The notes under the pieces were generated by a model. It worked only from the letters and a program-made list of their open reading frames with translations, was not told where the DNA came from and made no database searches. DNA of 64,000 nt from an uncultured delta proteobacterium (GTDB lineage Bacteria; Myxococcota; Kuafuiibacteriia; Kuafuiibacteriales; Kuafuiibacteriaceae), in the NCBI GenBank assembly GCA_963803435.1, contig CAWDML010000003.1, forward strand, positions 608,001 through 672,000, given 5' to 3'. Positions 47,665 to 58,093 of the stretch are shown here, in pieces (within the stretch, counting starts at the first letter, position 1; each line of letters opens with the position of its first letter). A program made the position numbers and the translations under genes.

Positions 47665-48768
47665 ATGGAAGAGTACATCCTCAATCCCGGTACCGAGGTG
47701 GTGCCCATCGAGGCGGATCGCTACGAGCTGCGCCTGCCCCTTTGGGGTCACACACTCGTTGCAAATGCACAGCAGCTCGCCTCGCTGCGGCGCTTCAAGC
47801 AGTGGGCGCTCCCGGACGCGGTTGCGGAGCAAGCGTGGCTCGAGCGCTGTCTCGACGGCGGATTTCTGCTCGGTCGGCTGCCCTCCGGAAAGGCCCGCTT
47901 CCCGCAGCGGATTCGCGCCCTTCCCGCGATGCTGGGCGCACCCGCGCACCGCGCGGACGCCCCCTCGGCGCTGACCGTGCTCGGGGCACCGTGGTCGATC
48001 GGGACCTCCGGTGCGGCGGGCGGTGCGACCGCGATCCGGCACGCCTCGCAGCACGCGCGCTACGCGATCGACCCGGCCCTGCGCCCGCGCGGGTTCCTCG
48101 ATCTCGCGAGCGGGAGAACGCTCCTCGAAGGCGTGACCATCAGCGACGCGGGCGACGTGCGCGTGGCGTCGGGCGAGGATCCCCACGACGCCTACGATCG
48201 CATCACCGAAGCGGTGCGGCGCCTGCTGGACTCGGGGACCACGCCGCTGATCCTCGGCGGTGATCATTCGATCACCTACCCGATCCTGCGTGCGTTTCCG
48301 CATGAGCGGCTCGGCGTGATCCAGTTTGACACCCGCCCCGACCTCGGGCCCCTCGAGCCTGGCGGCCTGGATCCTCAGAACGTCTTCTCGTGGGTGCTCG
48401 AGCGGCTCGAGTTCGTCGAGCGCATCCATCAGATCGGTCTCAGGGGCCTGGCGCCGGGCGGAGTCATGCGGCCGGAGCGCGCCACCTGGTACGGCATCGA
48501 TCGCGCACGCGCGCTGGGCGCGGTGATGCTCGCCGAGGCGTTGCCCGACGATCTCCCATACTATGTATCGATCGACATGCGCGTCGTGGATCCGGACGGC
48601 CTTCAGCCGCACGAGCTCAAGTCCATGCTGCGCGCGATCGCGGCGGCGCGCGAGATCGTCGGGATTGACGTCGTCGAGGTCGGCCGCCCCGGTGCGGTCG
48701 GTGATCGCTACGCCCAGCTCGCCGTCGAGGCGGCATTGACGGTGGCCGATAGTGTTCGACCTCGGTGA
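47665..48768 (+). CDS. Arginase/agmatinase-family protein with N-terminal RRE-like domain and altered metal site
   Basis: DAGDV, LGGDHSIT, QIGLRG, DVVEV present; DAHxD reads DTRPD and DxD reads DMR; about 70-aa N-terminal extra domain. Confidence 0.8.
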   Translation: MEEYILNPGTEVVPIEADRYELRLPLWGHTLVANAQQLASLRRFKQWALPDAVAEQAWLERCLDGGFLLGRLPSGKARFPQRIRALPAMLGAPAHRADAPSALTVLGAPWSIGTSGAAGGATAIRHASQHARYAIDPALRPRGFLDLASGRTLLEGVTISDAGDVRVASGEDPHDAYDRITEAVRRLLDSGTTPLILGGDHSITYPILRAFPHERLGVIQFDTRPDLGPLEPGGLDPQNVFSWVLERLEFVERIHQIGLRGLAPGGVMRPERATWYGIDRARALGAVMLAEALPDDLPYYVSIDMRVVDPDGLQPHELKSMLRAIAAAREIVGIDVVEVGRPGAVGDRYAQLAVEAALTVADSVRPR

Positions 48769-50775
48769 TATCTCGGCGAAACGCTTCTTCGCCGATTTCT
48801 GGCGCAAGAAGCCCCTCCTGATCCGCGGCGGAGGCAGGATCCTGCTCGACCGAGAGGTCCCGGTCGCGGAGTTCCGAATGATCTGCGATCGGCTGGAGCG
48901 CGATCATCCGCGCCGGGTGGTCCGCAGGAACGGTTGCATCTTCGCGGAGCAGCTCGAGGAGGCATCGGCGGATCTGGCCCGGGTGGCGCGCGCTCAGGAG
49001 CAGCGCCTCTCGTGCCGACACGTCTGGTTCGAGGGCGCCTACGCGGCCGCCGAGGAAGGCCCGGGCTCCCACTACGACAAGAGCGATCGCTTCGCGCTCC
49101 AACAGCTCGGCTCGGGTCGCTGGCGGCTCTGTCCCCCCGAGATGCTCTCGCCGAAGGAGCTGCGGGCTCGAATGCTCGGCGAGAGCGCCGGGCTGGTGCA
49201 CATGCCCGACGAGTGTCACGAGTACCTCCTCGAGCCCGGCGACCTTCTCTACGTCCCGCTCTTCTGGGGCCACTGGGCGGCGGCCGAGGGCGGCCCTTCG
49301 CTGACGCTGTCGCTGATGCTGGACGCGAGCAGCGCGCTCAATCTCCTGGTCCCGTCGCTCTCGCAGGTCCTCGCGGAGGATCGGGCATGGTGGTATCCGC
49401 TCCCGCAGATCCCGATCGAGGATCGCAAGAGCGCCCGCCCGCCGGCCGCCGTCGAGCAGTGCTTCGACGTCCTCCTCGAGTCGTTCGTGAAGCCCGAGTT
49501 CCCGAGCCGGGTCAAGGCGGCGTGGTGGCGCGACGGCTACTTGCGCGCCCGCTCCGCCAAGCGTTCGCCCGAGTCGTCGGCGTTACCGCGGCGCGTTCGT
49601 CCCGAGGAGGCCGGTCTCGAATCCGACGCTGGTCGCTCGCCTGGCCGCGCCGCCAATCGCGGCTCCCGATCCCGAGGCCGCGGCTGCGCCCGGGGATGGT
49701 TCGGCCGGGAGGCTCCGCCTGCTGCTCGCGCGCCGCGTGATGCGCGGCTTCTTCGACGCTGCGGTCTCGTCGCGCACGCACTTTCCCGATGCTTCTGCAG
49801 TCACGCCGCTCATGCATATCGCCGGCGCTCTCCAGAACGCCGAGCTCGAGGTGATCGCTCCGCTGGTCGCGCGCCCGGAGGCGACCTCCTGGTTGTGGCG
49901 GATGACCGAGGCGCTCGAGTTCCGGCAGGCCTCGTACTTCGAGGAGATCGCGAGCCAGGCCACGCGCCTCTTCTTTCCCGCGCTCCTCACCGTGCGATCG
50001 TATCTGCGGGGCTCGACGCTCCCCATTGGCCGGTCGCACGAGCGCGGCATCAATCTTCTGTCGGTGCAGCGCCGGATCTCCTCGCCGGTGCCGCTCGGTA
50101 CGCGGATGAACGTCTCGTTGCTCGGCCCCATGCTTCGCTTCTCCTCGGCCGCCGGGCGGCTGGTCGAGTTCCCCGCCGAGGCGCTGATGGAGCGCGGCAA
50201 GGTGGACGTCGGCATCGGCTTCTCGGTCGAGGATCTCCCACGGACCCAGCACGGCGAGATCGTGGTGCTCGATCGAGATACGTGGATGTTTGGCCAGTAT
50301 CCGCGCGGTGGCCGGTTCGGAGCCGGTGCGCTCGCCGACGTCGCGCAGGACGGCTTGCTCGTCTCGATCGACGGGCACGGACAGGCGATCCAGCAGGCGT
50401 GGCCGGAGCTAGGCCGTGAGCTCACCGCGCTGATCGCGATGGCGCTGCCGCTCTCCGGGAGCGACGCGAAGGCCGAGACCGCCCCACCGTTTCTCGGTGC
50501 GGTCGCCCTGACCGAGCAGGCGAAGGCCGCCGATCTCGTTGAGCAGCTGGGGCGCACCAAGGCCCGGCTGGTCGCCGGGGTCGGTCTGGCGTTCGAATCG
50601 ACCCGTGCGACAGGAGACGCGCGGCCTCTTCGAGGACGCGGTCGCCAGCGCCTACCGGCGCGCCTTCGAAGAGCTGGCAGGTCTCGAAATCTCGGTCCAA
50701 GCGACGCCGTTCACGGGCCCCCTTTCGAGCTGGGGGCGCACGTTCCTCGATGCCGTCTTCGCGCTGATGAAGTAG
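48752..50775 (+). CDS. JmjC/cupin-4 oxygenase fused to a degenerate HExxH-like domain; apparent +1 frameshifts at 49619-49623 and 50595-50599
   Basis: FFADFWRKKPLLIRG, SHYD, LEPGDLLYVPLFWGH; corrected frame runs through ORFs 49737.. and 50539..50775 (673 aa); C-terminal AIQQAWPE..PPFLGAVAL..ADLVEQL. Confidence 0.72.
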
Positions 50776-50776
50776 C

Positions 50777-52169
50777 TCAGCGGCCCGCGAGCGCGGCCTG
50801 ATGGACGGCGGCGGTGACCTTCCGATGGACCGACATGTCCAGCATGTCCGGCATGAGCATGTCACCCGCCGCCGACTCCGCGATCGCATGCGCGGCGGCC
50901 AGCATCATCGCCTTGGTGATCCGTTTGGCTCGCGCGTCGAGCGCGCCGCGGAAGATGCCGGGATACGCGAGGGCGTTGTTCATCCCCCGTCCATCGAGCG
51001 CGATCGCCGCCCCGGCGGCGAGGGCGTCCCGCACGCTGATCTCGCTCACCGGGTTGGCGAGCGCGAACACGATCGGATCTTTGGCCATCGACCGCACCAT
51101 CGCGGACGAGACAGCGTTGGGCTTGGAGACCCCGATGAACAGATCACGACCCCGGATCGCCTCAGCGAGTGGTCCCTTCACCCGGTCGCGGTTGGTGATC
51201 CGTGCCAGCTCCTCCTTTTCGGCGTTCATGTGATCTCGGCGTCCGTCCCAGATGGCGCCGACCGAGTCGCAGGCGACGACGTCGTCGATGCCGAAGTCGA
51301 TGAGGAACTTCGCGATGGCGGTTCCCGCGGCGCCGGCGCCCAGAGTGACGGCCCGGAGGTCGCTCGCTCGCCGGCCGGTGCGCGCCAGCGCGTTGATGAG
51401 CCCGGCCACGCAGACGGTGGCGGTTCCGTGCTGGTCGTCGTGAAACACCGGCTTGTCGACCCGCGCCTGGAGCTGGCGCTCGATCTGGAAGCAGGCGGGC
51501 GCGGCGATGTCCTCCAGCTGGATCGCGCCGTACCCGATCGAGGCCTTGGCGACGATGTCGACGACCTCGTTCGGGTCCTTGCTCTCGATCAGGAACGGCT
51601 CGGCGGACACGCCGACGAATCGAATCGAGGATGGCCGCCTTCCCCTCCATCACCGGGAGCGAAGCGAGCGGCCCGATGTCTCCGAGCCCGAGCACGGCGG
51701 TTCCGTTGCTGACGATGCAGATCTTCTGCCCCAGCGCCGTGTACTCCCAGGCCGTCTCCGGGCTCTTGGCGATCAGCTCGCAGACGCTGGCGACCCCGGG
51801 CGTGTAGACCATCCGGAGATCCATCAGGCTCTCGATGCGGACCCGCGCCTTCGTCTCGATGGTACCGCCGCGGTGGATCTCGAGCACCTCGTCGATCAAC
51901 GACAGCACCTCGACGCCGTCGAGCTTTCGGATCTCCTCGATCACGCGGTCCTGGTGCGAAGCGTTGTCGAGGAAGATCTGGATGTCGCGGATCTTGTGCT
52001 GTCCGTCGACACCGACGATGCGGATGTCGCCGAGCTGGCAGTGCTCGTGCGCGATCGCGGAGAGGACCGCAGCCAGCATGCCGGGGCGGTCGCCGGTGCG
52101 CACGCGCACCGAGACGATCCGCGAGGCGTTGTATCGCTCGTACCAGTTCGGGGAGGATTCCATGTGCAT
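50777..52169 (-). CDS. NAD(P)-dependent malic enzyme with N-terminal ACT domain; apparent +1 frameshift at 51622-51626
   Basis: DRPGMLA ACT motif; YTPGVA, GTAVLGLGDIG..PVMEGKA, LEDIAAPACF, FHDDQHGTA, GAGAAG, FALANP, NNALAYPG; 463 aa after correction. Confidence 0.9.
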
Positions 52170-52194
52170 CTCCGCCCGGGATGCTACGTGAGGC

Positions 52195-52779
52195 TCAGAA
52201 CAGCTTGAAGAGCCGCTCGCCCAGCTGTTCGATCGCACCCCGGGTCCGGCCCAGCCAATGTCCGAACGCGTCGAGGCTCCGGGGCATCCGGACGGCGAGG
52301 ATCGCCTTGAGCGTGGCCTGCGCGAGCTCGGTCATCGCCAAAAGGAGCTTGATCCGTCCGAGATCGTAATCGTTGGGAAGCCCTGCCTCCTCCCGATACT
52401 CGGCTTCGGCCAGCGCGCTCTCCAGCGTGACCCGTGCCCGCTCGATCGTCATCCACTCGCGGCTCCGGATGACGTCGGTGATGGTCGGCCAGACGTCGAG
52501 GCTCGCCTCGTACGGGGCGTTCCGGGCCTCGGCGGTGGGGCGCACCAGCCCATACTGGGTGAGTTCAGCGATGGCTAAACTGATCAAGGACCGGCTGACC
52601 GAGAGCCGATCGGCGATCTCGCTCTGAGGGATCGGCTGTTTCGAGAGGGCGAGCAGCGCCCAGACGCGCCCGTGGATCGACTTGAATCCCCAGCCCTCGA
52701 TGAACTCACCCACCGCGTCGCACACGGCCAGGATGCGCTGTGTCAAGTTGTCGGTCCGATCCGCCAATGACGCTCTCAT
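52195..52779 (-). CDS. GbsR/MarR-family transcriptional regulator
   Basis: VGEFIEGWGFKSIHGRVWALLALS..SEIADRLSVSRSLISLAIAELTQYGLV. Confidence 0.85.
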   Translation of the reverse strand: MRASLADRTDNLTQRILAVCDAVGEFIEGWGFKSIHGRVWALLALSKQPIPQSEIADRLSVSRSLISLAIAELTQYGLVRPTAEARNAPYEASLDVWPTITDVIRSREWMTIERARVTLESALAEAEYREEAGLPNDYDLGRIKLLLAMTELAQATLKAILAVRMPRSLDAFGHWLGRTRGAIEQLGERLFKLF

Positions 52780-52803
52780 TCTAAGCCCACTTGATTCTCT
52801 CTG

Positions 52804-52880
52804 ACTTGTTCAATAAGCATTCAACAAGTTTTTCTTCCTCCGACATAAGGAAAGGTCGACCTGTTCACGGATGGTTGAAC
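52804..52880. promoter_or_regulatory. Two candidate GbsR-type operators GTTCA-N8-T(G/C)AAC
   Basis: ACTTGTTCAATAAGCATTCAACAAGT (52804-52829) and GTTCACGGATGGTTGAAC (52863-52880) in the AT-rich divergent intergenic region. Confidence 0.6.
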
Positions 52881-52910
52881 TGGGCGAGCCGGGAGAAACG
52901 AGGTGAAGGG

Positions 52911-53984
52911 ATGACGGCGGCGCTTCCAGAAATAGCGGAAAATGCAGAGGAAGTCGGGGTATTGGGCCGTTTGGCGGGTATCTGTGCCTCCCAGGGCCTC
53001 GCCGAGCGCCAAGAGGCATTGGCCGCGCTGTCGCGCTTTGTCGCCGATGATCTGGCCGCTGTCGAAGAGACCCTGAACAAGCTCTTCGACGGCCCGTCGG
53101 ACCGGATCACCCGGAGCGCGCTCCATCTGGTGGCGCTGCCGGGGAAGCGGTTGCGGCCGCTGTGCGTCGCGCTGGCGGCGCGTATCGGCGCGGGGTTCGG
53201 GGGCCCGGCGCGACAGCTCGCCACCGCCGTGGAGCTGGTCCACTCCGCGACGCTGCTGCACGACGACGTCGTCGACCTGGGACAGGTGCGCCGGGGGGAG
53301 CCGACGGCGCGAACCATCTACGGAAATGCAGCCTCGGTGTTCGCGGGTGACTGGCTGCTGGTGGAGGCGCTGCGTGAAGTGCGCCGCGCCCGCGTGCCCG
53401 GTGCGATGGACGAGCTGCTGTCCGTGATCGAGGAGATGATCCGCGCCGAAGCGATCCAGCTCGAGGCCCGCGGATCGATCGTCGCCGATCGCGAGACGTA
53501 CTTCGCGATCGTCCGTGGAAAGACCGCCTCGCTCTTCCGCTGGGCGCTCTTCGCGGGCGCACGATCGGGTGGGCTCGATCCCTCGGCTGCCCGCGCGCTG
53601 GAGCGGTACGGCGAACACCTGGGCATCGCGTTCCAGATCGTCGATGACGCGCTCGATCTCACGGGCAACACCGCGATGCTCGGGAAGGCGCTGTTCACGG
53701 ATCTCCGGGAGGGCAAGATGACCTTCCCGCTGATCGTCGCGCTCGAGCGCGATCCCGAGATGGCTTCGCTGCTCGCGGCCGCGATCGCCGAGGAGGGTGC
53801 GGACGCGGAGGTTTCGGCGCGGGTGCTGGCCTCGCTCCGTCGCACGGGCGCCAGCGCGGCCGCCCTCGAGCGCGCCAAGCAGCACGCGCGCGCAGCGGTG
53901 GCCGAGCTCGACGGCGCGCCGGAGTGTGAGGCGCGCGATCTTCTGGTGCTGGTCGCCGAGGCCACCACGGAGCGCAGGAAGTGA
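52911..53984 (+). CDS. Long-chain polyprenyl diphosphate synthase (IspB/HepT-like)
   Basis: [48 protein letters not shown]. Confidence 0.92.
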   Translation: MTAALPEIAENAEEVGVLGRLAGICASQGLAERQEALAALSRFVADDLAAVEETLNKLFDGPSDRITRSALHLVALPGKRLRPLCVALAARIGAGFGGPARQLATAVELVHSATLLHDDVVDLGQVRRGEPTARTIYGNAASVFAGDWLLVEALREVRRARVPGAMDELLSVIEEMIRAEAIQLEARGSIVADRETYFAIVRGKTASLFRWALFAGARSGGLDPSAARALERYGEHLGIAFQIVDDALDLTGNTAMLGKALFTDLREGKMTFPLIVALERDPEMASLLAAAIAEEGADAEVSARVLASLRRTGASAAALERAKQHARAAVAELDGAPECEARDLLVLVAEATTERRK

Positions 53985-53994
53985 GGGACCGGTC

Positions 53995-54963
53995 ATGATC
54001 GTCACCGTCCGAGGAAAGGGCGACGCTGAATCGGTACGCCGGGCCCTGGTCGCCCGCGGGCTCTGGGTCGATCGGCTCGAGGGCGGGGAGCGGGTGGAGT
54101 TTCTCATCCATCCCGGCTCGGCCCGGGTGGCCGCAGCCGAGCTTCGTGAGATCGCCGGCGTGGAGGCTGTCACCGAGGCCTGCTCCCAGCATCCGATGGT
54201 CGATCGCCAGGGTGCCGTCATCACCGTTCGGGGCGTCGAGATCGGCCGCGGGGCCAAACCGGTGTTGATGGCCGGTCCGTGCGCCGTCGAGTCGGAGGAG
54301 CAGATCGATCGGATCGCGCGCAAGGTCGCCTGCGCCGGTGCCCGGTTCCTCCGCGGCGGTGCGTTCAAGCCCCGCAGCTCGCCGTACTCCTTCCGCGGGC
54401 ACGGCGCGAACGCGCTGCGCTGGATGAGGACCGCCGCCGATCGGCACGGCCTCGGCATCGTGACCGAGGCGATGGGAAGCGAGGAGGCGGACCAGATCGC
54501 CGAGGTCGCAGACATCGTTCAGATCGGCTCTCGCAACATGCACAACTACTCGCTGCTGGAGCGGGTGGCCGCGCTGGCTCGTCCGATCATGCTGAAGCGC
54601 GGGATGGCTGCGACGATCGAGGAGTGGCTGGCGGCCGGCGAGTACTGCCTGCTCGCGGGGGCGCCCAGCGTCCTGTTCTGCGAGCGCGGGATCCGCTCCT
54701 TCGAGCCGACGAGCCGCAACCTGCTCGACATCAACGCGATCGCGCTCCTCGCCGAGGTGATCGGTGCGCCGGTCGTCGCGGACCCCTCTCATGGATCGGG
54801 GCGTCGGGATCTGGTGCCGTTGCTCGCGCGTGCGGCGCTGGCGGCCGGCGCGCACGGTCTGCTGATCGAGACCCACGACGATCCCGGAAGCGCGCTCTCC
54901 GACGGTCCGCAGGCGATCGCGCCCGAGGCGCTGGGCGATCTCATGCGCGGGGGTGAGCGATGA
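53995..54963 (+). CDS. aroF: DAHP synthase (type I-beta, N-terminal ferredoxin/ACT-like domain)
   Basis: [56 protein letters not shown]. Confidence 0.92.
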   Translation: MIVTVRGKGDAESVRRALVARGLWVDRLEGGERVEFLIHPGSARVAAAELREIAGVEAVTEACSQHPMVDRQGAVITVRGVEIGRGAKPVLMAGPCAVESEEQIDRIARKVACAGARFLRGGAFKPRSSPYSFRGHGANALRWMRTAADRHGLGIVTEAMGSEEADQIAEVADIVQIGSRNMHNYSLLERVAALARPIMLKRGMAATIEEWLAAGEYCLLAGAPSVLFCERGIRSFEPTSRNLLDINAIALLAEVIGAPVVADPSHGSGRRDLVPLLARAALAAGAHGLLIETHDDPGSALSDGPQAIAPEALGDLMRGGER

Positions 54964-56146
54964 ACGCGAGCAGCCGGATCTCCGGATTCTATCGGGAGAC
55001 GCTGGCGCGCCGGATCGAGCGGCTCGGCGAGACCGGCCTGCTCTCGGAGCGCGCGCTGGCCCACCTGGCAGGCGGTGGAGCGGTGTCGGCCGAGCTCGTG
55101 GATCGCATGAGCGAGAACGTGATCGGGACGGCGTGTCTGCCGCTGGCGGTGGCGCTGAACTTCCGCGTGAACAACCGCGACGTGCTGGTCCCGATGGCGG
55201 TCGAGGAGCCGTCGATCGTGGCGGCGGCGTCGAACGCAGCCCGGCTGGTGCGGATCAGCGGCGGATTCAACGGCGAGGCGATGGACCCGGTGATGACGGC
55301 GCAGGTCCAGCTCGAAGGCGTGCCCGATCCGGACCAGGCCGGCCGCTTCATCGAGCGCAACCGCGCGGAGCTGCTAGCCGCCGGTGACGCCGCGATCCCG
55401 CGGATGGTGGCGCGCGGCGGCGGCTGCCGGGACCTCGAGGTTCGCGTGCTCGATCGCGCCCTGGGTCTGGTCGTGGTGCACCTGTACGTCGCAGTCGGCG
55501 ATGCGATGGGCGCGAACCTGGTCGACACCGTCGCAGAGCAGGTGGCGCCGCTGCTCGAGCGCGGGATCGGCGGCCGCGTCGGCCTTCGGATCCTCAGCAA
55601 TCTTCCGCTCCGCCGGATGGTGCGCGCCGAGGCGCAGGTGAGCGCGGAGGCGCTGGGCGGGGTGGCGCTCGCCGACGGGATCGCCCAGGCGAGCCGATTC
55701 GCCGAGATCGATCCGTTTCGGGCCTCCACGCACAACAAGGGCGTGATGAACGGGATCGACGCGGTGGCGCTGGCGCTGGGGCAGGACTTTCGAGCGATCG
55801 AGGCTGGCGCCCACGCGTACGCGGCGATGTCCGGCCGCTACTCGCCGATCGCCACCTGGCGGCGCACGGAGCTGGGGCTCCACGGTCGGATCGAGATGCC
55901 GCTGGCGGTGGCGACCGTCGGCGGCTCCACCCGAGCTCATCCCGGGATCGAGACCGCGTTCGAGATCATTTCGGTGTCCGGCGCGCGCGAGCTGGCTGTC
56001 GTGATGGCTTCGGCCGGTCTCGCCTGCAACCTGGCGGCGCTACGTGCGCTGGCGGGCGAAGGCATCCAGCGCGGACACATGCGCCTCCACTCGCGCAAGC
56101 GGAGCGAACCGCGGCCGGAGGCGAGCCCCAAGGAGGAGCGTGGACG

Positions 56147-56150
<4 letters not shown>
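54960..56150 (+). CDS. mvaA: Hydroxymethylglutaryl-CoA reductase, class II
   Basis: [44 protein letters not shown]. Confidence 0.92.
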
Positions 56151-56848
<698 letters not shown>

Positions 56849-56851
56849 CTC

Positions 56852-58093
56852 GTGATCGCAGCCGAATATTGCGAGGTCGTTCGAAGCCGCGCGGTGATCA
56901 CCGACGCCCCGGTCGTCGATCCGCACCTCCTGATCCACGCGTTCGACGACCGGCCGATCGTGGCGCTCGAGTCGACGGACGGCCGGTTCACCGTCGGGAT
57001 CGGTGAGGCCGCGGTCGTCGAGGCCTACGGGCCCGATCGGTTCGAGTCGATCCGACGGCAGGCGGAGCGTGTACTGGCCTCGGTCAGCCACCACGGGGTT
57101 CGACTCCGCATGTTCGGGGGCTTCGCGTTCGAGCCCACCGACGGGCGCTTCGTCCTGCCGCGCTGGCTCTACGAGGTGTCGAGCGGCGGGGCTCGGCTCA
57201 CGCTGGTCGAGGGCGCGGACGACGATCCGGCCGAGATCGCGCGGGAACGCGAGCGCTTGCTGGCCACGCTTGGCGCACCGCCCGCGCTCGAAGCCGTGCC
57301 TTGCCCGCTCTCGATCGATCGCCCGGGCGATTACGTCGGGATCGTTCGGCGCGCCCTCGAGCGGATCGACGTGGGCGAGCTCGAGAAGGTGGTGCTGGCG
57401 CGGCGCATCCGGTTCCAGGCCGGCGCGGACTACCGCATCGCGCCGGTCCTGGCCGCGCTCGGCCGGACGGGAGGCTCGATCCGGTTCGCGTTCGGGCGCT
57501 CGGGGGCGTTCTTCGCAGGCGCCACCCCGGAGCTCCTGGTCGCGCGCTCGGGCGCCGAGGTGCGGTCGGAGGCGCTCGCCGGCTCCTCGCGCCCGGAGGC
57601 GGCGGGCGCGCTGCTCGACTCGAAGAAGGATCGCGCCGAGCACGGCCACGTGGCCCGCTTCATCCGGGAGACGCTCGAGCGCTTCTGCTCCGACGTGCGG
57701 GTCGGCGATCCGGCGCCGTCGCGCCTTCCGCACGTGGCGCACCTCCGCACGCCGATCGTCGCACGGCTCGACCGTCCGGTTCACGTGCTGGAGCTGGCCG
57801 CCGCCCTGCATCCCACGCCCGCGGTGGGCGGTGTGCCTCGCAAGGTAGCTTGCACCTTGATCGGCGAGGTGGAGGACGGTCCCCGCGGCTGGTACGCCGG
57901 GCCGATCGGCTGGTTCGACGCGGAGGGCGACGGCGAGCTCTTCGTGGCGCTGCGTTCGGCCCGCTTCGATCGATCGCAGGCCGTGCTCTCCGTGGGCGCT
58001 GGCATCGTGGCGGGCTCGGATCCGGCGACGGAGGCCAAAGAGACGGAGATGAAGGCGAAGACCGTGGCGAGCGCGCTGGGGGCGGCCCCGTGA
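56852..58093 (+). CDS. menF: Isochorismate synthase
   Basis: EKVVLAR, GATPELL, ALAGS, KDRAEH, LHPTPAVGG, RGWYAGPIGW, GAGIVAGS. Confidence 0.9.
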   Translation: MIAAEYCEVVRSRAVITDAPVVDPHLLIHAFDDRPIVALESTDGRFTVGIGEAAVVEAYGPDRFESIRRQAERVLASVSHHGVRLRMFGGFAFEPTDGRFVLPRWLYEVSSGGARLTLVEGADDDPAEIARERERLLATLGAPPALEAVPCPLSIDRPGDYVGIVRRALERIDVGELEKVVLARRIRFQAGADYRIAPVLAALGRTGGSIRFAFGRSGAFFAGATPELLVARSGAEVRSEALAGSSRPEAAGALLDSKKDRAEHGHVARFIRETLERFCSDVRVGDPAPSRLPHVAHLRTPIVARLDRPVHVLELAAALHPTPAVGGVPRKVACTLIGEVEDGPRGWYAGPIGWFDAEGDGELFVALRSARFDRSQAVLSVGAGIVAGSDPATEAKETEMKAKTVASALGAAP

